Shown: in pieces, positions 8,993 through 17,902 of the stretch | Position numbering within the stretch: position 1 is the first letter of the stretch | Layout of the letters: each line of letters starts with the position of its first letter | Assembly: GCA_041649275.1 (NCBI GenBank) | Contig: JBAZNL010000003.1 | Span: 34,116 to 98,115 of the forward strand | Direction of reading: 5' to 3' | DNA length: 64,000 nt | From: Candidatus Izemoplasmatales bacterium | GTDB lineage: Bacteria; Bacillota_I; Bacilli_A; Izemoplasmatales; Hujiaoplasmataceae | Translations under genes and position numbers: made by a program | Notes under the pieces: generated by a model | What the model saw: only the letters and a program-made list of their open reading frames with translations | Database searches by the model: none | Told to the model about the DNA's origin: nothing

Positions 8993-10726
8993 ATGATATC
9001 CTTCAAGATCAACGACGTTTCCGTCCAGTGCGAACCGAACACCACGATCCTCGCCGCCGCCAAGGCGTACCACGTCGACATCCCGACGCTCTGCTACTAC
9101 CCCGACCTCGACATCAAGTCCGACTGCCGCGTCTGCTCGGTCGAGATCGTCGGTCAGAAGGGGCTCTCGACCGCCTGCTCGACGATCGCGCGGCAGGACA
9201 TGCACGTGCTTACCAATTCGCCGCGCGTCCTGAACGCCCGGCGGACGATCGTCGAGCTCATCCTCGCCGACCACGACGCCAACTGCACCGCCTGCGCGAA
9301 GAACCTGAAGTGCGAACTGCAGGACCTCGCGCGCAAGCTCGGCATCGACTCCAACCGCTTCCCGCCGATCCTCCGCCACCGTCCCGTGGACGACCGGAAC
9401 CCGGCGCTCCTGCGCATCCCCGACCGCTGCATCAAGTGCGGCCGCTGCGTCGACGTCTGCAAGAACGTCCAGGGCATCGGCGTCCTCGAGGGGATGGGCC
9501 GCGGCCGCGACGTCGTCATCGGTCCCGCCTTCGGCCGGCCGCTCGGCGACGCCTTCTGCACCTACTGCGGCCAGTGTTCGAGCGTCTGCCCCGTCGGCGC
9601 GATCCTCGAACACGACGACACCGAACTCGTCTGGCGGGCGCTCCACGACCCGCGCAAGCACGTCGTCGTCCAGACCGCCCCGGCGGTCCGCGTCACCCTC
9701 GGCGAGGAGTCGGGCGACAAGCCCGGCGGGATCGTCACCGGCAAGCTCGTCGCCGCCCTCCGCCTGCTCGGCTTCGAAAAGGTCTTCGACACCGACTTCA
9801 CCGCCGACCTGACGATCATCGAGGAGGGCAACGAACTGCTCGAGCGCATCTCGAAGAAGGGCGTGCTCCCGATGATGACGTCCTGCTGCCCCGGATGGGT
9901 CAACTTCGCCGAGCAGCAGTACCCCGAGATCCTGCCCCACGTCTCGACCTGCAAGTCGCCCCAGCAGATGTTCGGCGCGCTCGTGAAGACCTACTACGCC
10001 GAACGCGAGCATCTGAATCCCGAGGACATCTTCGTCGTCTCGGTGATGCCGTGCACGGCGAAGAAGTACGAGGCCAAGCGTCCCGAGATGTCCGCCGACG
10101 GGATCCATCCCGACGTCGACGTCGTGCTCACGACGCGCGAACTCGGGAAGATGATGAAGCAGATGGGGATCGATTTCGACGAACTGTCCGATTCCGACTA
10201 CGACAAGCCGTTCGGCGAGACCACCGGCGCGGCCGTCATCTTCGGCGCCACCGGCGGCGTGATGGAGGCGGCGCTCCGCACCGTCTCGGTCCTGCGCGGC
10301 GAGGACAAGGACATCGACGTCGACTTCGATGCCGTCCGCGGCCTCTCCGGCATCAAGGAAGCCGTCGTCGAACTCGGCGGGATCCCCGTCCGGGTCGCCG
10401 TCGCGCACTCGCTCAAGAACGCCCGCATCCTCGCCGAGCAGGTGAAGGACGGGACCTCCCCCTACGACTTCATCGAGGTCATGTGCTGTCCCGGCGGCTG
10501 CATCGGCGGCGGCGGCCAGCCGTACGGCACGATCGCCAAGACGCGCGCCGACCGGCTCGACGCGGCCTATCGCGTCGACCGCTCGATGGCCGTCCGCAAG
10601 TCGCACGAGAACCCGGCGATCACCGCGATCTACGGCGAGTACCTCGTCAACCCGCTCGGTGAACGCGCCCACAGGCTCCTGCATACCCATTACCACAAGC
10701 GCTCGGAGACGGGCGTCCGGCCCTGA
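8993..10726 (+). CDS. hydA: [FeFe]-hydrogenase catalytic subunit HydA (M3-type)
   Basis: The N-terminal 2Fe-2S motif (CYYPD...CRVCSV) is present. There are two 4Fe-4S ferredoxin motifs (CIKCGRCVDVC, CTYCGQCSSVCP). The H-cluster motifs are present: L1 TSCCPGW, L2 MPCTAKKYE and L3 EVMCCPGGCIGGGGQP. Confidence 0.9.
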   Translation: MISFKINDVSVQCEPNTTILAAAKAYHVDIPTLCYYPDLDIKSDCRVCSVEIVGQKGLSTACSTIARQDMHVLTNSPRVLNARRTIVELILADHDANCTACAKNLKCELQDLARKLGIDSNRFPPILRHRPVDDRNPALLRIPDRCIKCGRCVDVCKNVQGIGVLEGMGRGRDVVIGPAFGRPLGDAFCTYCGQCSSVCPVGAILEHDDTELVWRALHDPRKHVVVQTAPAVRVTLGEESGDKPGGIVTGKLVAALRLLGFEKVFDTDFTADLTIIEEGNELLERISKKGVLPMMTSCCPGWVNFAEQQYPEILPHVSTCKSPQQMFGALVKTYYAEREHLNPEDIFVVSVMPCTAKKYEAKRPEMSADGIHPDVDVVLTTRELGKMMKQMGIDFDELSDSDYDKPFGETTGAAVIFGATGGVMEAALRTVSVLRGEDKDIDVDFDAVRGLSGIKEAVVELGGIPVRVAVAHSLKNARILAEQVKDGTSPYDFIEVMCCPGGCIGGGGQPYGTIAKTRADRLDAAYRVDRSMAVRKSHENPAITAIYGEYLVNPLGERAHRLLHTHYHKRSETGVRP

Positions 10727-10810
10727 TACAGACTTCGTTTCCGCGAACCCGTTGAAATTCCGACGGGTTTTGCATATAATGGGGCCGAGACGACACCTTG
10801 GGAGGATCAT

Positions 10811-11797
10811 ATGAGACTCGAAGAACTGAAACATCGTTACGAACTCAGGAATCTTCCGGTCGCGGATTACGAGATCGCCGCGGCGACCCTAACCGCCTTC
10901 GACGCCTTCGCCCGCGGGGAAGGAACCGACGCCGACGGGGCATCCGTCCCGGCGCTCGACCGCTTCCTCTCGACGCTGGTCGCCTCGGGCGAAAACTCCG
11001 CGGCGGCGGTCTACGGCCTGGCGCGCTACTATTACGTCATCGGCCGTTCCGACCTCTACATCCGCCTGACCCAGTACACCGGCGGCGTCGGCGTGATCGA
11101 GACGATCATCGACCGCCTCGAGCGCGTCTCCGGCCACGAGGCGAAAAAGCGCGTCGAGGCCGGCCTGACGATTCCGCCGCTCGGCACGCCGCCCGAGGCG
11201 ATGCCCGTCTTCACCGCGGCGTTCATGGCGGCGCTCCGCCGCGAACTCTCCGGCGCCAAGCTCGAACGCGTCCTCTCCGGCAACAACCACGGCATCCCCG
11301 ACCTCGCCTTCGACAGGGAGAAGGAGGCGTACGCCGCCGCGCCGACCTTCGAAGACTATCTGCGCGATTACCACGTTCGCCAGGTCGAGGAACTCCGCGG
11401 CCATGCGAAATCCGGAATCCCCTGGTTCGAGCAGCACATCACCGACGAGGTCGTCGACTTCGTCGCCTCGCAGCCCGAGATCCAGGGCGGCGTGCTACGG
11501 GACGGCAAGGTCTACGAGACCAAGATCCCCTACGACATCGAACGCTGGCTCCATGCGGAAACGCCTGAGGAGAAGCGCTACTACGCCTGCCACTGTCCGT
11601 TCGCGCGGGAAAGCGTGAAGGCGGGCGAACGCGTCGTCGACCCGCTCTGGTGCCACTGCAGCGGCGGCTTCGTGAAGCGCCGCTACGAGGTCCTCTTCGG
11701 CCGCGAGCTGAGGGCGAGATGCCTCCGCAACGCGCTCGCCGGCGACACGCTCTGCCGCTTCGAGATCGACCTTTCCGACGTCCCCTACAAGCGCTGA
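10811..11797 (+). CDS. hypothetical protein with a C-terminal paired-CHC cysteine motif
   Basis: 328 aa. The C-terminus reads YYACHCPFARE...WCHCSGGF...C, a probable metal-binding module. A good RBS (GGGAGGATCAT-ATG) precedes it. The gene lies between a hairpin after hydA and a strong terminator at 11798-11832. Confidence 0.5.
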   Translation: MRLEELKHRYELRNLPVADYEIAAATLTAFDAFARGEGTDADGASVPALDRFLSTLVASGENSAAAVYGLARYYYVIGRSDLYIRLTQYTGGVGVIETIIDRLERVSGHEAKKRVEAGLTIPPLGTPPEAMPVFTAAFMAALRRELSGAKLERVLSGNNHGIPDLAFDREKEAYAAAPTFEDYLRDYHVRQVEELRGHAKSGIPWFEQHITDEVVDFVASQPEIQGGVLRDGKVYETKIPYDIERWLHAETPEEKRYYACHCPFARESVKAGERVVDPLWCHCSGGFVKRRYEVLFGRELRARCLRNALAGDTLCRFEIDLSDVPYKR

Positions 11798-11832
11798 AGC
11801 CTCCGCCTCCCACGACCGGGAGGCGGTTTTTC
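11798..11832 (+). terminator. rho-independent terminator
   Basis: The stem GCCTCCGCCTCCC pairs with GGGAGGCGG across loop acgacc and is followed by TTTTT. Confidence 0.7.
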
Positions 11833-11939
11833 CGTCGCCGATGCGGCGTTTTCATCGGCCGTGCCTTCGGTTGGGTGTGGCGGAATCCGGCCGAAGTGGT
11901 ATAATAGTCTATACGCAACCGTGAATCCGGAGGACGACG

Positions 11940-12407
11940 ATGAAGGAACTTTGGGGTTTGCTGATCCGCTTCAGACTCAGGGAACTGTTCCTCGCACCGA
12001 CCCGAAACGAGTGGGTCCGGATGTTCCGCTACCTCTTCGTGGGCGGCGTCGCCTTCCTCTTCGACTATGGAACGTTCGTCCTGACGGGACTCTGGCTCGG
12101 GGACGGATCGTGGGCGATCGCGCTCGAGACGGCGGCCGGGTTCATGGTCGGGCTTTCCGTCAACTTCCTGCTTTCGAAGCGCTTCGTCTTCGTCGAGAAG
12201 CCGAAGGGCGTCGGCGCCGGCGGCGAATTCCTCGTCTACGGCGCGATCGGCGCCGTCGGACTCGCCTTGTCGACGGGACTGACCGTCCTCGGGGCGCTGG
12301 TGATGGTCAAATACCTCGCCCGGGCGATCGTCGCCGTCCTCGTCCTCTTCTACAACTATTTCGCGCGGAAGTTCCTGCTCTACCGCACAAAGGAGAAGCA
12401 CGCATGA
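11940..12407 (+). CDS. GtrA-family membrane protein
   Basis: 155 aa with 4 TM helices. The [15 protein letters not shown] and [10 protein letters not shown] motifs are typical of GtrA. A TATAAT at about 11902 and a GGAGGA RBS precede it. Its 3' end overlaps the next gene by 4 nt. Confidence 0.7.
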   Translation: MKELWGLLIRFRLRELFLAPTRNEWVRMFRYLFVGGVAFLFDYGTFVLTGLWLGDGSWAIALETAAGFMVGLSVNFLLSKRFVFVEKPKGVGAGGEFLVYGAIGAVGLALSTGLTVLGALVMVKYLARAIVAVLVLFYNYFARKFLLYRTKEKHA

Positions 12408-13960
12408 ACAAGAAGATCGTCGTCATCGGCGCCGGCCCAGCGGGCCTGACCGCCGCCTACGAACTGCTCAAGCTCGGACACGGCTACGAGGTCGTCGTCC
12501 TCGAGGCGACCGGCCGCATCGGCGGGATCGCCCAGACGATCGAACATCACGGCAACCGCATCGACATCGGCGGCCATCGCTTCTTCTCTAAGGATCCCGC
12601 GGTGAACGCCTGGTGGGAGGCGGCGATGCCCAGACAGGGCGCGCCCGCACTCGACGACCGGATCCTCGGCCGTCAGGTCGAGACCGTCGCCGGCGGTCCC
12701 GACCCGGAGAAGGAAGATCGGGTCATGCTCAAGCGGCGGCGCGTGTCGCGCATCTACTACCTGAAGAAGTTCTTCGACTATCCGGTGACGATGTCGGGGA
12801 AGACGATCAGAAACCTCGGACTGTTCCGCACCTTCCGGGCCGGCATGAGCTATCTGTGGGCGAGCGTCTTCAAGAAGAAGGAGGACTCGCTTGAGAACTT
12901 CTACGTCAACCGCTTCGGCCGCGTCCTCTACGGGATGTTCTTCGAGGACTACACGACCAAGGTCTGGGGACGCGCGCCGAAGGACATCTCCGCCGACTGG
13001 GGCGCCCAGCGGGTCAAGGGGCTCTCGATCCTCGCGCTCCTCAGAAACATCTTCGGGAAGAAGAAGGGCAAGGTCGAGACCTCGCTCATCACCGAGTTCC
13101 TCTATCCGAAGCTCGGTCCCGGCCAGCTCTGGGAATGCGTCGCCGCCGACGTCGCGGCGATGGGCGGGACGATCGTGATGGACGCCCGCGTCGAGAAGAT
13201 CGAAGTGAAGGACGGCCGGATCGCGTCCGTGACCTATGCGAAGGACGGGGCGGAGATCGTCGTCGAAGCCGACGAGTTCATCTCCTCGATGCCCCTCAAG
13301 GACCTCGTCGCCGCGATCGGGGAGGCCGCTCCCGCGGCCGTCCGCGAGATCGCGGGCGGACTGCCGTACCGCGACTTCGTCACCGTCGGCCTCCTGCTTC
13401 CGAAACTCAACCTGAAGAACGAGACCGACCTCGCCACCCTCGGCGACATCGTCCCCGACTGCTGGATCTACGTCCAGGAGACCGAGGTCCGGCTCGGACG
13501 CATCCAGGTCTTCAACAACTGGTCTCCCTACATGGTGAAGGATCCGCTCCATACCGTCTGGGTCGGCCTCGAGTACTTCTGCCAGGAAGGCGACGACTTC
13601 TGGAACCTTTCCGAGGCCGAGACGATCGAACTCGCGCGGAAGGAACTCGCGAAGATGGGCGTGATCGACGAGACCGCGCCAGTCCTCGACGCCGTCCGCG
13701 CCCGCATCCCGAAGGCCTATCCCGCCTATTTCGATTCCTACGCGCGGATCGGCGAGATCGTCCCCTTCCTCGATTCCTTCGACAACCTCTGGTGCGTCGG
13801 CCGCAACGGCCAGCACCGCTACAACAACATGGACCACTCGATGGTGACGGCGTTCCGCGCCGTCGAGGCGATCGACTGCGGCTCGACCGACAAGCGTCCC
13901 GTCTGGGAAGTCAACACCGAGGTCGAATACCACGAGGAGAAGCAGAACGATGGCAGATAG
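12404..13960 (+). CDS. NAD(P)/FAD-dependent oxidoreductase (amine-oxidase / UDP-galactopyranose-mutase-like fold)
   Basis: [21 protein letters not shown] is a Rossmann GxGxxG dinucleotide-binding N-terminus. The product is 518 aa. The start overlaps the gtrA stop (ATGA) and the end overlaps the next gene by 11 nt. Confidence 0.7.
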   Translation: MNKKIVVIGAGPAGLTAAYELLKLGHGYEVVVLEATGRIGGIAQTIEHHGNRIDIGGHRFFSKDPAVNAWWEAAMPRQGAPALDDRILGRQVETVAGGPDPEKEDRVMLKRRRVSRIYYLKKFFDYPVTMSGKTIRNLGLFRTFRAGMSYLWASVFKKKEDSLENFYVNRFGRVLYGMFFEDYTTKVWGRAPKDISADWGAQRVKGLSILALLRNIFGKKKGKVETSLITEFLYPKLGPGQLWECVAADVAAMGGTIVMDARVEKIEVKDGRIASVTYAKDGAEIVVEADEFISSMPLKDLVAAIGEAAPAAVREIAGGLPYRDFVTVGLLLPKLNLKNETDLATLGDIVPDCWIYVQETEVRLGRIQVFNNWSPYMVKDPLHTVWVGLEYFCQEGDDFWNLSEAETIELARKELAKMGVIDETAPVLDAVRARIPKAYPAYFDSYARIGEIVPFLDSFDNLWCVGRNGQHRYNNMDHSMVTAFRAVEAIDCGSTDKRPVWEVNTEVEYHEEKQNDGR

Positions 13961-15542
13961 GGTTCGTCGGATCGTCCGCTTCGCGGCCGCGGCGCTTGTG
14001 TTCGCGCTCTCGCTTGCGGTCGTCGTCTACTACGTCCTCGGTCCGGCGGAGGGCTACTTCCACTCCGATTCGACCGACACGATCTTCTGGGCGGAGGCGT
14101 CCTACGTCTCCGGCATGGCCGTCAACCCCGACTTCAACTACGCCGCCATCCTCCCGATCGGCGGCAACCTCCTGATGGGGATCTGGATGCCGTTCTTCGG
14201 CACCTCGATGACGACCCAGGCGCTCGGGATGCTCTCGTTCCTCGTCGTCCTGGCCGCGGCGCTGCTTTTCTTCTTCCGGAGCATGCGCTTCGGCTGGACC
14301 GGAACGCTCTTCTACGCCGGCCTGGTCCTGCTCGCGCTGTCCGCCACCGACAAGCTGCGCGAGATGTTCTGGGGGCACGTGATCTACTACTCCATCTACG
14401 TCGTCTTCCTGCTCGTCGGCTTCGGTCTCCTCGCCCGCCTCGAGCGGACCGGGGCGGTCCGATCGTGGAAGACGTGGGTCCTGCTCGGCGCGCTCTTCGC
14501 CTATGCGGCACTGGTCGCGATCGACGGCCTGCAGCTCGTCTTCATCGTCCTCGTCCCGATCGGCGGCGCGATCGCCGCGGAACGGTATTTCGATTACCGC
14601 CGGCCTTTGGCCGCGAAGGCGAACCTGCCCGTCTGGATCGTCCTCGCGACGATCGCCGTCGGCGCCCTGACCGGACTCCGGATCCTCGCCGCGCTCAAGC
14701 ACGGCCAGGTCGCCGGCTACGCCGACGCCTGGTACGCCATCACCCCGATCTCCACCTGGCGGGAACACCTCGAAAAGATCCCCGAGCACTGGATCACGCT
14801 CCTGGGGGGCGGCGTCCCGACCGATCCGGCGGCGACCTTCATCGTCGCCGAGAACTTCGCGAGCCTCGGCTTCTCGCTCTTCCTCGCCGTCTTCCCGCTT
14901 CTCTCGCTGGTCGTCTTCCGCAAGGCCGGAACGCTCTTCAAGGTGTTCGCCGTGCAGCATTTCGCGCTTTCGGTCCTGATCTTCCTCGCCTGCGTCTTCG
15001 GGTCGCTCGGCGCCGCCAACTGGCGCTGGATCCCGGTCGTGGCGAGCGCCCTGATCCTCACGGTTCTGACGATCCGCGAACTGTCCGCGCAGTTCTCCGC
15101 ACCCCGTTTCGCCGTGCCGTTCGCGCTCGTCCTCTTGGCGTTCGCGGCGCTGAACGCGATCGAGATCGCGAGGATGGACGCCGACTACGGGCGCGACAAC
15201 CGCTACCACGTCCTCGCCGCGGAACTCGCGGAGCGGGGACTCACGTACGGTTACGCCGACTTCTGGATCGCCCAGGCGGTGACGGTCGTCTCCGACGGCG
15301 AGGTCCGGGTCCGCTCCGTCAACGTCGACGCGACGAACGGGCTCACCCCGTACTACTACCAGAGCGCCTTCTCGTGGTACGAAGCGCAGGAAGGCGTCGA
15401 CCGCTACTTCGTCGTGATGACGACCGCCGGCTACAACCAGTTGCGCGCGAGCGACATGTACGACGAGATCGTCCCCCACTGGGTCGAGACCTTCTCGGTC
15501 GAGGGCTATTCGATCCTCGTCTTCAACGAGAACGTGTTCTGA
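13950..15542 (+). CDS. polytopic membrane protein with a C-terminal soluble domain, putative GT-C-type glycosyltransferase
   Basis: 530 aa with about 11 TM helices followed by an approximately 130-aa hydrophilic domain. It is translationally coupled to the oxidoreductase. No family-specific motif was recognised. Confidence 0.55.
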   Translation: MADRVRRIVRFAAAALVFALSLAVVVYYVLGPAEGYFHSDSTDTIFWAEASYVSGMAVNPDFNYAAILPIGGNLLMGIWMPFFGTSMTTQALGMLSFLVVLAAALLFFFRSMRFGWTGTLFYAGLVLLALSATDKLREMFWGHVIYYSIYVVFLLVGFGLLARLERTGAVRSWKTWVLLGALFAYAALVAIDGLQLVFIVLVPIGGAIAAERYFDYRRPLAAKANLPVWIVLATIAVGALTGLRILAALKHGQVAGYADAWYAITPISTWREHLEKIPEHWITLLGGGVPTDPAATFIVAENFASLGFSLFLAVFPLLSLVVFRKAGTLFKVFAVQHFALSVLIFLACVFGSLGAANWRWIPVVASALILTVLTIRELSAQFSAPRFAVPFALVLLAFAALNAIEIARMDADYGRDNRYHVLAAELAERGLTYGYADFWIAQAVTVVSDGEVRVRSVNVDATNGLTPYYYQSAFSWYEAQEGVDRYFVVMTTAGYNQLRASDMYDEIVPHWVETFSVEGYSILVFNENVF

Positions 15543-15658
15543 TCGATGCCGATTCCGCCGGCGGCAGCGCCGGCGGGACTGCCGCGTTCGCGAAAATGCA
15601 TTTTCCGATCATTTTCCCTTTGCAAAATCGAAGTCTTGTATTATAATATTGTTTGCTT

Positions 15659-15743
15659 GCGGTTGTGGCGAAACTGGCAGACGCGCTACTTTGAGGGGGT
15701 AGTGCCTAACGGCGTGTGGGTTCAAATCCCATCAACCGCACCA
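15659..15743 (+). tRNA. tRNA-Leu (anticodon GAG), type II with long variable arm
   Basis: The 85-nt sequence GCGGTTGTGGCGAAACTGGCAGACGCGCTACTTTGAGGGGGTAGTGCCTAACGGCGTGTGGGTTCAAATCCCATCAACCGCACCA folds as a cloverleaf. The anticodon loop is TTGAGGG with GAG at positions 34-36. There is a long variable arm, GGTTCAAAT in the T-loop and an encoded CCA. An upstream -10 lies at about 15640. Confidence 0.8.
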
Positions 15744-15756
15744 TATTTCAATCATA

Positions 15757-15787
15757 GGTTTGATACAATCGTATCGAACCTTTTTTT
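15757..15787 (+). terminator. rho-independent terminator after tRNA-Leu (repeat copy 1)
   Basis: The stem GGTTTGATAC pairs with GTATCGAACC across loop aatc and is followed by TTTTTTT. Confidence 0.65.
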
Positions 15788-15896
15788 GTCGGCAGAAAGG
15801 GGGGATTTTCCCCCAACTCCAAAATTCCATTTTTCCGGAGGAGAAAGAAGAATCGTCTTTCCTTCTTGTTTATCGGAGTGATCGTTCAACCTTAAT

Positions 15897-15950
15897 ACGA
15901 TTACCTGACGATTTACACGATTACCTGACGTTTACCGATTACACCTGATG
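15897..15950. repeat. three tandem imperfect 20-bp repeats (ACGATTACCTGACG core)
   Basis: The core ACGATTACCTGACG occurs at 15897-15910 and 15917-15930. A degenerate copy, CGATTACACCTGATG, lies at 15937-15950. The period is 20 bp, in the intergenic region upstream of the first AraC gene. Confidence 0.55.
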
Positions 15951-16283
15951 ATATAGATGAATATGAATGCATTCTCAACAATAGAGACCGATGATTGTAA
16001 TAATGTCAATATCGATGCCATATGGAACGAAGATTTGGTGACGGATGGTGTGACGAATAATGACAGAAAAACACAACAATGATATGGGGTTCGCATGAGT
16101 TATGTTCAATGCAATGCGATACTGTTTTCAGTAATTCAAGCATATGCTGCAGGCGAAAGATATGACCCAATATCATTCGCCTTTCGCATGATTATTATCG
16201 AGAAATGAACACTTCAGCAATACAGTGCAATTAATTTGCTTTTGTATATGTTAAAATATCATTGCGATGAGTGAGGTGACATT

Positions 16284-17045
16284 ATGTCTGAGATGATTCA
16301 ACGAATAATCGAATACGTTGAAGACAGACTGTCAAGCAACTTGGACTTTGACGAATTGTACAGAGACATCGGATATTCAAAGTTCCATCTATCAAGAGCA
16401 TTTAAAACGAAAACCGGTTTTACCATCAGCGAGTATTATTTGAAAAGAAGATTATCGGAAGCGGCCTTGGAAATATTGAATTCAAAGAATCGAATCATGG
16501 ATATTTCATATAAATATGGCTTTAATTCGGATTCGTATTTTTGTAGGAAGTTCAAACACGAATTTGACACAAATCCCTATAAGTATCGAAAAAGAAGTAG
16601 ATATATTGTACTTACGAACAAAATAGTCATTAAGGAAGGGGAAACGATGAGATACACCCATGAAGAAGATCTGATTCATGATCTGCTTTTGTGTTCCTCT
16701 TCTGAGGAACTGAAAGGTTTCTTTGCAAAAACCGAAAACTGCGTCTTGACGAAACAAAACAATAGCCAGCTCGAAATCGTGTACGTCCAGTACTCCGAAA
16801 CTGGTTTAGGGAAGCAACTGTTGACCGTACACCTCAACATGATTACGGGACATGTAAGTGTCGTCCCCATCTACAAAATCACGGATCAAGATGGGCCTTT
16901 GGTTGAGATGCAGGATCTATCTTTTGAAAATGATACTTTGTATGTTTCCTTTATCGATCACGAGTCAAACAAAACATCTCGGGCAAGACTAGAAAGGATT
17001 CCCGAGAAAAGAATTTATTGTAGCTATTCATGGAGGAGCAGATGA
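16284..17045 (+). CDS. AraC/XylS-family regulator with N-terminal HTH (MarA/Rob-like arrangement) and an unknown C-terminal domain
   Basis: The first 100 aa carry the two-helix AraC HTH signature (YSKFHLSRAFK..., ISYKYGFNSDSYFCRKFK). The gene is low-GC (about 38%). Confidence 0.7.
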   Translation: MSEMIQRIIEYVEDRLSSNLDFDELYRDIGYSKFHLSRAFKTKTGFTISEYYLKRRLSEAALEILNSKNRIMDISYKYGFNSDSYFCRKFKHEFDTNPYKYRKRSRYIVLTNKIVIKEGETMRYTHEEDLIHDLLLCSSSEELKGFFAKTENCVLTKQNNSQLEIVYVQYSETGLGKQLLTVHLNMITGHVSVVPIYKITDQDGPLVEMQDLSFENDTLYVSFIDHESNKTSRARLERIPEKRIYCSYSWRSR

Positions 17046-17046
17046 T

Positions 17047-17463
17047 ATGAAAAACCAACTTGAAAAATACGCTACGAAACTGTTGCAATGTGTCAACTCG
17101 AAAGAAGTAATGGATTCGGTTGGAAATGACCATACGGCGGTGATTATGAAACAATTCGGATGCGAATATGTCGTCCTTAAGTATGTGGAAGATGATGAAT
17201 ACCGAATGATATCGCCGATATATATCAATTTTGAAGACTCATCATATCATATCGATGATTTCATCAAACAAAACAAATATAACACCTTCCAGAGACTTGT
17301 CAATCTGGGTAACGGAAAAGCATTGGTCCAATACGACGATTTGCAGGCTGAGATCAGTGTGATTTATAACTATCCAAAAGGATTATCATATCAACTTGTT
17401 TTGGATACCGGTACTTCTGGAGGAGGGGCAGGCTGGGGCAAAGTCGCGTTGGGTCTCGACTGA
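17047..17463 (+). CDS. hypothetical protein
   Basis: 138 aa. The ATG lies 1 nt after the AraC stop, so it is co-transcribed. The C-terminus ends with a glycine-rich TGTSGGGAGWG. No recognisable domain. Confidence 0.45.
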   Translation: MKNQLEKYATKLLQCVNSKEVMDSVGNDHTAVIMKQFGCEYVVLKYVEDDEYRMISPIYINFEDSSYHIDDFIKQNKYNTFQRLVNLGNGKALVQYDDLQAEISVIYNYPKGLSYQLVLDTGTSGGGAGWGKVALGLD

Positions 17464-17676
17464 TTGCGGTTGAAATCCGATTTTCTAGAATTTCATAGGA
17501 TAGAGCCCATAGCTTATTGTCTTTTTGATTGGTATGATTTCCGGGCAGAAGTCAGTAGTCCCATGCATATGGAACGGGATGGATTCGCAACTTTTTTTGT
17601 GGGGATGCAAAAAATGCTCCGCGGGGTGCGATTATGTATCTACACCATTTTCAGCCCTACATATCTGACAATCATC

Positions 17677-17707
17677 GGTTTGATACGTCCGTATCAAGCC
17701 TTTTTTT
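17677..17707 (+). terminator. rho-independent terminator (repeat copy 2, near-identical to 15757-15787)
   Basis: The stem GGTTTGATAC pairs with GTATCAAGCC across loop gtcc and is followed by TTTTTTT. The preceding CAATCAT is also shared with copy 1. Confidence 0.6.
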
Positions 17708-17902
17708 CACCAACGGGGTGTTCTTGATCATAACCCCTTCAGGAAATTGCCATCAACGGGAGTCAAGAATCGATGTGACAACAGGAAGAAAAGACGCCAC
17801 CAAAAAAAAGAATGTGAGAAATCCACATCACAATTATTTAAACCCGCAAACAGATTGCGATGATAGAATATAGGTGTGGATCAATCTGGCGGGAGAGACA
17901 AG

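Noticed and set aside
7594-10834. Long minus-strand ORFs (7594-9081, 8930-10834) antisense to hydB/hydA
   Set aside because: They sit entirely opposite strongly supported hydrogenase genes with diagnostic motifs. They have Arg/Ala/Gly/Asp-biased low-complexity translations typical of antisense frames in 65% GC DNA, and no RBS or start context.
11861-12403. Upstream extension of the oxidoreductase ORF to 699 aa
   Set aside because: The extension overlaps the GtrA gene in another frame and translates to Arg/Pro-rich low complexity. [14 protein letters not shown] at 12404 is a textbook Rossmann N-terminus with start overlap to gtrA.
15790-16283. Possible ncRNA or degenerate second tRNA in the 500-bp spacer after tRNA-Leu
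   Set aside because: No cloverleaf could be folded by eye. Only the tandem 20-bp repeats and a short palindrome stand out, and these are reported separately as candidate regulatory DNA.
17464-17873. Plus-strand ORFs 17464-17727 and 17634-17873 between the two AraC modules
   Set aside because: They span the terminator-repeat copy 2 and an AT-rich spacer. They have no RBS and hydrophobic/odd composition. They are more likely non-coding intergenic sequence.
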